Assembly (NCBI GenBank): GCA_030141605.1
Contig: JAQGDQ010000427.1
Span: forward strand, 1 to 64,000
From: Tubiluchus corallicola
Lineage: Eukaryota > Animalia > Priapulida
Direction of reading: 5' to 3'
DNA: 64,000 nucleotides
A program made the position numbers and the translations under genes. Shown here piece by piece: positions 55,201 through 64,000 of this stretch (the stretch's first letter is position 1; every line of letters starts with the position of its first letter). The notes beneath the pieces were generated by a model. That model was not told the origin of the DNA, did not search any database, and saw only the letters and a program-made list of their open reading frames with translations.

Positions 55201-58059
55201 GACTTTGAGCTGATATTTAAAAAATGTGGTCTGCATCTTAATATAAGACTAGCTATTTGCAAGCCTAGAACATAATTTTGGTGTCTAGACAAACATATAT
55301 AAATCATTTCTATAACTTATATAAGTCTTATTGTTATAATGATGAAGATAATATTGCTAAAGGGGCACCTGTTGTCGGGTCTGGTATAGCGCCCTCTGTA
55401 CGCCCTGCTTCCACGTTAGCAACGACTCACTCCTTCCTTGTAGATCCAGAAGTCTTGTTTGGGCCTACGCGTGGTGTGAGAAGCCAGCTGACTTGGAATG
55501 CCAGTACGAAAGCGTGTGGAGGTCACTACAACCTTGGATTTCTGACACAGGTGCTTCTTGGCCTAGTATATATGTGTGCTGTTTCTTACATAAGTTAGTT
55601 GTTTTGTGTATTTTGTTCCCCCTTTTTTGTTATTAGTGCTGGAAATAAAACTTGTTACAGAGTCATTATAAAGTTCTATTATGTGACGTTTGTGTGTGCT
55701 AGATGACTTGTTACAAAACGTATATGCAGTTAGCTTATAAATAATTGTTTAATAATTACGATAACATTTGTAATTAAGAGATATTCATTATTTAAGTAAT
55801 TAATTACACTAAAGAACAACTATACAAAATGGCTCATCATAATGCGGAATTTAAAGGCCGCCATGCTATCCTGGAATTCAAACCTCTGACTGACACCTCT
55901 CTCCTCCCTTGCTCGATTTTTTTTACTAAAGTCTTTGACAGTTGAATAAGAGAGATGATTTAAAGGAGGAATATCACGAAAATAAAGTTAAATTTATTTT
56001 ATAACTGAATTACCGGACAGTAATTTGGCGTAAAAAGGTTTGCGCTGCGTTGCTTAATTAATTAGTAATTAGCTTATTTGTATCGGCGGGAAAAACCATG
56101 GAGCGCTGTTTGCGCATCTACCGGCACGCAGCTCAGTTACGTCACAATCAGTATGGCGGTAGCGCGATACATTACAAATTAAAATGGCGGTGTTGTTGAA
56201 CACATACTGTATACTATCATTTAATAGGGCGCCATGCTCTAAATTTAGCGCATTACGCATGGCTTCTTCAGGTCTGCTTATTCATTACCTATTTGGCTTC
56301 TGCTAAATACTTAATTAATGCATAATGTTCTATACTGTAGGCTCTGCCTATATTAAAAGTTTTAATAAAATTGTTGTTTAACTATAAATGATTTTAGGTG
56401 CCTGTAATAATTACTGACTTTAATTGTGCATTAACTTTTTCTCCATGTTAGCTGAAACACGTGTAGGTAAAGCTAAGGCCCATTTCACACTGGGAGCGCT
56501 AAGGAAATATGGAATTGGTGTCAGGAAATTAGAAAATTTTCAGAGCATTTTCGAGCACATTCGCGAAAACCCAAGCAGCAAGAAAGTTCATTTCACACAG
56601 AAACCGTGTGATTTTGACGCGCGTCCAGCGGTCAAATTACTTGCAATTTTAGTGAATTAGCAAAAGAAGAGAGCAGCATTGTATATTGAGAGGAGGCAGG
56701 TGAGAGACTATCGGGAGAAATTCTACAGTTACGTTACAACCATAGGACACTTTCATGAGTTATTTGTTTTCCTGCAAGACTCGATTATAAGCAAAAAATA
56801 AACTTTAAAGCATGAGATTTGGAGTTCAAGTATTCATATTATATAAATCTTTACCGCATAAGTTATGCATATTACTGGCTTCAGTCAGCAGATGAGTGTG
56901 TTGGTAAATCTTTCCAGTAGACCTAACCAGATCTTATTTTAAGCTGAAGTAATTCTTAACGCAGATTTTTTAAAGCACCTGTCTTTTTAACGAAATTCTG
57001 GCTCATTCTTGCAAACTATTGTGATTCATCCACGTCTGAGAACGCTTGACCTTGAGGCAGTGTCACATTACACAGTACTCTTAGCTATAATTGTTGCTCA
57101 CAATAGGCAAGGTGGAGTGGATGCTTTTAGTACAGAGAAATTGCACGTTTGGTAATAAATTTATAATTATAATAATCAATTTTCTAATATGCATAATGAA
57201 ACTTTTAATCTATTTTCAGACTGCATAACTGATGTTGGATGCCTCAATAAATCTTATGATACGTTACAAATTATTCATAACTGGCTCAGTAAATAGCTAC
57301 TCCCCTCTGATAATGCAGTAAATTTAACTCGTCACTGTATGTGCTATAGAAACCAGACAGAGACACTCATAAATGAAAGTGTAGCATCACATTGTATGAG
57401 GCAGGAGGGAAATAATAGTTTTACAATTTTAGGATAGTGGTAACGTTTGCGATAGCTTGCAATTGAAACTTTAAGCTTGTACATTTTATATACCACAAAT
57501 CATTTTTAATTTTTGAATGTTATTTTCCAGCTGTCCAATGCAGGTCTGCCACTGTTGAACCGAAGTGAAAAAGCTGTGGTGAATTTCGCCAAAGTATACG
57601 TTTTGAATGCGAGTTTTTTTAGACTAACAGTGGTTAGACTTTTGCTTTTAAAGTGCCGATTAAAAGCAAATACATAATGCTAAAGTATGTAGATTGGGTA
57701 AAATTATTTAACTTAAAAATGAACTGAAATAAAAGCTCACTTGTGAAAATTTTTCCTAAATTGAACACAAAAATTTTAACTAAATTTGAAGAGCAACAAA
57801 TGGCCTTATATATAATAATTGAAACAGTCTGTGTAATTTGATAGCGCACATGCAAGCCGCCATAATTATGACCATGGAAGCTTTATGCGCAGATCACGTG
57901 TCATTCTCGCTCAATCGACGCTCACGCCAAAGCCGCGAAACATGGCGGCTTTACGGAAGTGTTCTCTTTCGAAAATTGAAACAAAAATGCCAGTTAGCCT
58001 ATTTAATTTATACCTTTTTTCTTTAAAAAGTAAAGTGCATTCTTTGTGTAATAATAAGT

Positions 58060-58330
58060 TAAGAAAACCTCGGTATCTGTTTGAGTTGTGTAGGATATTG
58101 TTGGGATTGTACACGTTTAGAAAACTATTTTCACCAGTTTTACCTTTCTTTGATAAAGACGGTTTTACTGTAGGCGAAAAACTCTTGGAATTTTGTTACG
58201 TTAATATTCTTCATAAATTCCTGTGGATTTCTTTTTATCTTTGTACAGAAATTTCCTTGTTTTTAGTATGACTGCCAATAATTAGCTTTGTCCTAAATTT
58301 AAAACGTTCTATTTAGCACAAGAGATATTT
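58060..58330 (-). pseudogene. possible Penelope-like retroelement remnant
   Basis: - strand EIHRNL*RILT*QNSKSFSPTVKPSLSKKGKT resembles the post-RT linker of Penelope ORFs; heavily decayed. Confidence 0.25.
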
Positions 58331-58564
58331 GTAAGAGAGGAAGCATCAGATGCAGCGGTGGTTGTGTGGGAGTTTGCCACCGCAGGAATCCGCAAAGAAA
58401 GCCTGTACAGCCCCATTTTGATCATCTATTCTTACCTTTTTACTGCTGAAATTTCAATATGTTATCTAATGCAATATTAGAGGTTGATTTGATAGGCTAT
58501 CAAACACTGTGATATAAAAAAATAAATATTGTTCGTTTTATACACACTGACAAAAATGATATTT

Positions 58565-58581
58565 ATAATAATAGTAGTAAT

Positions 58582-58617
<36 letters not shown>

Positions 58618-59090
58618 TTATTTATCATCCTTACAACCAAAAGAAAGATAAAAAATATAAAAAATTTAAAAGAATGAGCAACGTAGAACATATAGCAACA
58701 AGCGTTATTAGACTGTTACAAGGTACAAGAACGAAATAAATTAAAATGAGCATAAATATGAGTTTGGAAGTTAAATAAACCACATAAACTTAAACTGTTC
58801 TTGAATCTGTTTGTTCTGCATCTAGGTAAGAGGTATTTCAAATTTAGGCGATTGCTGTACCTATGAGTATGGGCACCTGGCAATAGAGTGTGGATTTTGT
58901 TATTAAGATTTTGAATTGATAAGAAAAACTTTTTGCAACAATTTTGGCGACAGTTAAATAAAAGTTAAAGATCAGAGTAGAGCCAATCTGCCTAGTTTTC
59001 ATTTGAAAAAATTATTTTAAATGAACGTTTTTGAACTGTTTCTAACAAATCAGAGATGAGTGTCATTCCATACAAGCGCATACCCCTTTA
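58565..59090 (-). mobile_element. LINE 3' end (CR1/L2-like) with (ATT)n tail
   Basis: - strand LETVQKRSFKII...CKKFF...HTLLP...LPRCRTNRFKNS, then 3'UTR and (ATT)n at 58565-58615. Confidence 0.72.
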
Positions 59091-59099
59091 TTTTGTATA

Positions 59100-61200
59100 A
59101 TGTAATTAAGGTAAGTTGGTGTTATTAGCTTGAAACAAAAGCTCCACTCAATTAGGTCACTTTAAATAATATAACAGCTGCATCTGCTTTGTTCAGGTAA
59201 AATTAATTAGGACTAATCTATTACCTGATGTACAATCCAATTTTAATGAACTAACATGGATGTGCCCGCAAAATATGCTTAATTACGATAATGGTGGCGT
59301 TGGTCAACTCGAACAAAAGAAAAATCCGTGAATTATTTAATTAATCTTGAGCGCAGCGAAGTTGAAAGACGCACAACAAGTTTCCTAGTAAATCAAGTTT
59401 GCAGCAGGTTTGGCAACATCAACGTCTACGCAAGGCCATTTTAACTCATTTAACTATTTTTAGGTCCTCCAAAATTAACGAATTCTTAAAAAAATTAGAT
59501 TTGTTTTTTGACTGAATATGTCTTTGCAGTCATCACAGACATTTTAGCATTGTACAATGAAGTGAACTCTAAGCAGGCTTCAAAGAAAAATTTAATTTTA
59601 AACTGGTATCCTTTCTATTGAAACGTCTGAAGTTTTTTATTGGAAGTTTTAGTAAAAAGTCAATTTAAAAAACGCTGCAAAATACGATAAGTGGTCAGTG
59701 TATTTTATTGTAAAAATTTATTAAAATGTCACAAAAACCATTCATTTAACTAATTATTTCGTTTTATTAAAACTAAAAAAAGAGTGATGCTAATATAATC
59801 TGTCAAAATGACCGTTCGTTGGTGAATGACTCAATAAACCTTGTTTTCTATTCGCTGTGCATATTTTTTTAAAGCTGATAGCTTAACTAGTTCATACGGA
59901 GATATGGCAGTTTCTAGTTTTACCGTATGGCGGTAATGCAATAATGAATTACTGCGTTATTTCTTCATCTGGCAATAAATTATTTAAAACCTGGCTTCCG
60001 GGTTAATAAATCTGAAGCCAGTGGAATTACTGGAAGTTACCTAGTGAGCTTGAACATATGGCAATTGCTACTTTGAGCTGACGCAATAATGATTTACTGT
60101 GTTAATTACTCTTCTGGCACTAAATTATTTAGGAAGCAGCTTCTAGTTTATTCAGTGAAATCAGTGGGATTAGGAGAAGTTAATTAATGGAATTGAGCAA
60201 TGAGCATATGGCAATTTGTACTTTGTTGCTATGGCAGCAATGCAGTAATAAATTAATCCGTTAATTAGTCTTCTGGCACTAAATTATTTAGGAAACGGCT
60301 TCTGGTTTAATTAGTGGAATTAGTGGAATTAGGAGCATATGGCATCCTCTACTTTAACCTTGTTGTAGTATTACAATAATGGACTAATGTCTTAATTATT
60401 CTTCTGGCCCTAAACAGGCTTCTGGTTTTTCACAAAGGCATGTTTGAACCATTTGCCAGTTGGCGCCACTTTACAGTTACACGTAGATGTGTGAGAAACT
60501 TTGTTCATTCGTAATTTTTGCCCGGCGAAATGAAAAATTCCCAAGTTTTAACTTAATTAGAAAAACGCCTAAACTTTGTTTCTGATTGAAATAGGTATAA
60601 TTTATGTGAAATTAAAGCTGCTATCTACATGTTCCTGTTGTATATCTGAGAAGGAAATCCAGAACATCCCATTAAAACATTTTTATAATTATCGCATAAT
60701 TATTACGATTCACATTAAAAATAAAGATGCTTTTTATTACATGCATTAGTAAATTGAGAAACACGAGGCCTGCTGCATTATATCATTATAATACGGATTA
60801 TAATGACACACACACAAACATACACACACACACACATGCATGCACGCACGCACACATGCACACACACACACACACACACATATACACTTTCTACACTACA
60901 GTTTCACATAGTGTAAAAAACAACATGATGTAAATAAGAATCCATCCAAATGCAAAGTGATCACCATGCGGTTTACAAGTAGCTCCACCTCGTGTGCGAC
61001 CTTGCAATACATCTGCATCGCAACTTTGTTTAACTTTACACGCAGCTTCAAATTTTAATGTAAATTTGATGTTGGAGTATCTGCCTCGAATATCTTCTGG
61101 TAAAGACATGTTTGGCCAGTGGGCATCACCTCCACACTACGCCCGCTTTTCTGGACCCATGTCGGTTATCATACTTATATTAACATATAGCGGGTATCGA
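59100..61200 (+). repeat. direct duplicate of 40085-41810 joined to a duplicate of 43980-44340 via a (CA)n tract
   Basis: Identity stops at TACGGA(T)TATA near 60800 and resumes at CACTTTCTACACTACAGTTTC near 60885. Confidence 0.88.
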
Positions 61201-61949
61201 CGTGGTTTCCTTTAAACACTCGCTGAACGAAAGCCGTGAGTCGTACAGAGTCGTACCTTGTATCATTGGATTCGCAATTAAATGTAAAATAAGACGCAGA
61301 AAAATTTTCTTTTGTTTTTATTTATCCAAAAATATCAGAAATTTGGCAAATTGCATAAACGAGATGTTACTTTATTGTGTGAGAGGAGGATGTCGAAATG
61401 CTTAATTTGGGAAGTCATATCTCTTGAAGAAAGCCTTCCGAAATCACGTGGTTAACAGTCGACATAGAGACTTCCTTGCGATATTACGTCTAGAAGCCAT
61501 TGGACCTCATCGGAATTAGTTATGTTACTCAGGACAAAAGCGCCACCTGGCAGCATGGAGACAGGTGGCGGTAGTCCAATAAATTTTCTACCTAACCATG
61601 TGTTATGCAGCTGCCACCTGTAAAGGGTTTTCGCGCTGAGACCATTTTACTAGGCACATGTTGGTAGCATACCTAAAACTTCGACAACAGTGAACCGGTT
61701 ACTGATAGGCACGGCATAGTACTTTACGAGTTTTTCTTTTTGTTTGAATAGATGTGGCTTCTTCTAGGAGGAATTGCTTCTCAAAAATAGACGTATTTTA
61801 ACGATTTTCGAGTCATACCTCAGGCGTATAGATGGGTATTGATAGCCTTAGTAATTTATAATTTAAGTCTTTACAAATTCAAACTCTTTACTGAAAAAAA
61901 AACGAAAATAAAAATAGCAGTTAAAAACTGTCTTCAGTCCTTCCTAATA

Positions 61950-63047
61950 ACTCTGCAAAAACATTTTCACTACAAGAACGATATTGTTGCGTTATTTTGC
62001 TAATTATGTTAATTTTGCTTGGCTTCAATTGGAAATTGCGCTAAGGTTTCACCATTCTCATGTGTTGATGAAATAAATTAATTAGTATTACTATTACTTT
62101 GACAAGTGAAATTAAATATTACTAGGTTAGTAAAAAATAAAAATACAAATAACGAATAAAATTATCCACATTAATATTGTGCTTTCGTTATCATTCTGAT
62201 TTTGTTAATATTGTGTTTTTTGGTGATATCGTCCTTACTACGTTTGAGTCATTCCAACCTATGACTCAGGATCAATGTCTTTTTGTTCTTTTTACGTTGT
62301 TACTCAATAAACTGTCTACTATAAGTATGAAACTATTATAATTATTGTTACTTGATATTTTTTGTAAAAAAATACATTAAACTGGCCTTTCCAAAATTAA
62401 ATTCTGTGTTCGCGCCGATAAAGGCATACAGATTTTTCATTGCGAACGTTTTCACAACCGCAAAAGTTGCTTCCGCAAAAATACTCATTACGTTGTCATT
62501 TGCGGTATTGCGGGAAATGCGGGAAAATTTTAGTGCGAAATTTTAGCGCATTTTACACGAGGCTTTCTAGAAAGAAATCCTTTATTTCATGTAAATGGTT
62601 TAAGAAAGGGGACACAGGCAGTACTGCGGAAAATGCTGTTAAAAATTAGATCTAAGCCTTGGTCAACAAACAGAGACATATTCAGAGTAACACATTTACC
62701 TTTTGTTTTAACGCAGGTGAATTACATTAATTTAATTAGAATTTCAGTGAATATTTAATCAAGTTTCAATAATAAATCAGATGAGTCAGATACGTGACTA
62801 ACACCGTCCTTTGTTTCTTCGCAAGCTTTCAACTCACTGATTGAGATTTCATAAATATTTAATTGATGAATCACACCTTCTGTTCTGTTACCTCAAAACA
62901 CCAAGCTTATACATTTCTTTATGTTCATTCAATCTGCCATCTTTTAGCGCATAATCAAAGACTGTACTTTTTGTTTATTTTCTTCTTAATGCGTTGTTGA
63001 GCCACCGTAATCATAACGGTTGTGGTATTATAATACAATAATAGAGA

Positions 63048-63091
<44 letters not shown>

Positions 63092-63830
63092 GAGAGAGAG
63101 AGAGAGAGAGGGGGGAGAGAGAGAGAGAGAAAGAGCAAAAAGAGAAAGAGAGCGAGTGAGAGAGAGAGGGAGAGAAAGAGAAAGAGAGAATAGAGAGAAT
63201 CAAAATTAAATTAAATTAAATTAAATTATTTTTCAAATTAATTATAAAAATTTAGATTTTGCTTCAATGTCTATAGGTTTGGATTAAGTATACTGAAAGG
63301 TGTCAATGTCATTTCATTTTTAATATAAGTGTAACTATAATTCATCTGATGCTAATATGCGACTAAATTTGCATTAAGATTTCCAAATTTGGCAGTTTGC
63401 TGTTTCTGGAATGATAGAATGGCGCAAAGGTGTGAATTATAATGCGCCACCCCCATATTGATTGATAACGCCCCATTCAAATAGGAAAGTTTAACATCTG
63501 AGCACCTGATGTAAGACAAAGAGTTAATTTATTTAAGCAGGTACAGTGATTCACCTGATAAATTGAGCATCTGGTGTAAGGCAAAGAGCTAATTTATTTA
63601 AGCAGGTACAGGTGATTCACCTGATAAATTGAGCATCTGGTGTAAGACAAACAGCGAAGGTGTTAAATGATTCACCTGATTTATAATGTTTAATTAAATG
63701 TGCCTAAAGATTTGAACATCTGGTAAAAGAGTAAAGTGTTACAATACACACACCAGTGATTCAATCGATTGATTATGTCTGATTTCATAATATAAATGAA
63801 AGTTCAAAACTGCAGTGAGACTTTGAGCTG
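61950..63830 (+). repeat. duplicate of 53470-55200 with satellite monomer 62505-62635, (GA)n 63043-63197 and 66-bp minisatellite 63495-63680
   Basis: Colinear identity. Confidence 0.92.
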
Positions 63831-64000
63831 ATAATAAAAACATTGCGGCTTATATCTTAGCTGTTTTCAGTAGCAGAGAAGAAATTTGAGGATTAGGCAA
63901 ACGTATGCATAATACTAAGTCTTGCTGGTATTATGATAAGAATATTAACATTTTCGTCTCTACCTTGTTTGATTTTTAGCTAACATTTTTGAGAATAACG

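Noticed and set aside
56225-56275. Hammerhead-like CTGAAGA followed by a GCCATGC/GCATGGC stem (- strand; also ~2810); weaker candidates at ~31550 and ~37450
   Set aside because: Conserved GAAA after stem II or the required stems are missing.
60891-61215. ORFs shared with 43973-44340
   Set aside because: Frameshifts between copies; at most a decayed retroelement fragment.

Overview
AT-rich, intron-containing eukaryotic (metazoan, probably invertebrate) DNA dominated by nested transposon debris and segmental duplications; no prokaryotic features. The clearest host gene is a two-exon carbohydrate sulfotransferase (CHST8-14/Sulfotransfer_2 type) on the - strand (exons 24976..24805 and 20251..19317, about 368 aa). 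It converges on the N-terminal part of a GT11 alpha-1,2-fucosyltransferase (17207..17764). There are two spliced THAP-domain genes: one with a 2.9 kb intron carrying a 73-bp array, the other inside a ~5.75 kb Kolobok-like element with long TIRs. Also present: a Harbinger end with a MADF fragment, hAT-type MITEs, solo-LTR-like elements, and Rex1/Babar, RTE-like and CR1/L2-like LINE fragments. A multi-kb composite repeat occurs in shuffled copies in both orientations around the glycan-gene island. Within it, a 115/102-bp satellite rich in E2F-consensus octamers is seen both as single monomers and as 16-20-copy arrays. All calls were made by eye; coordinates of degraded elements and copy numbers are approximate.
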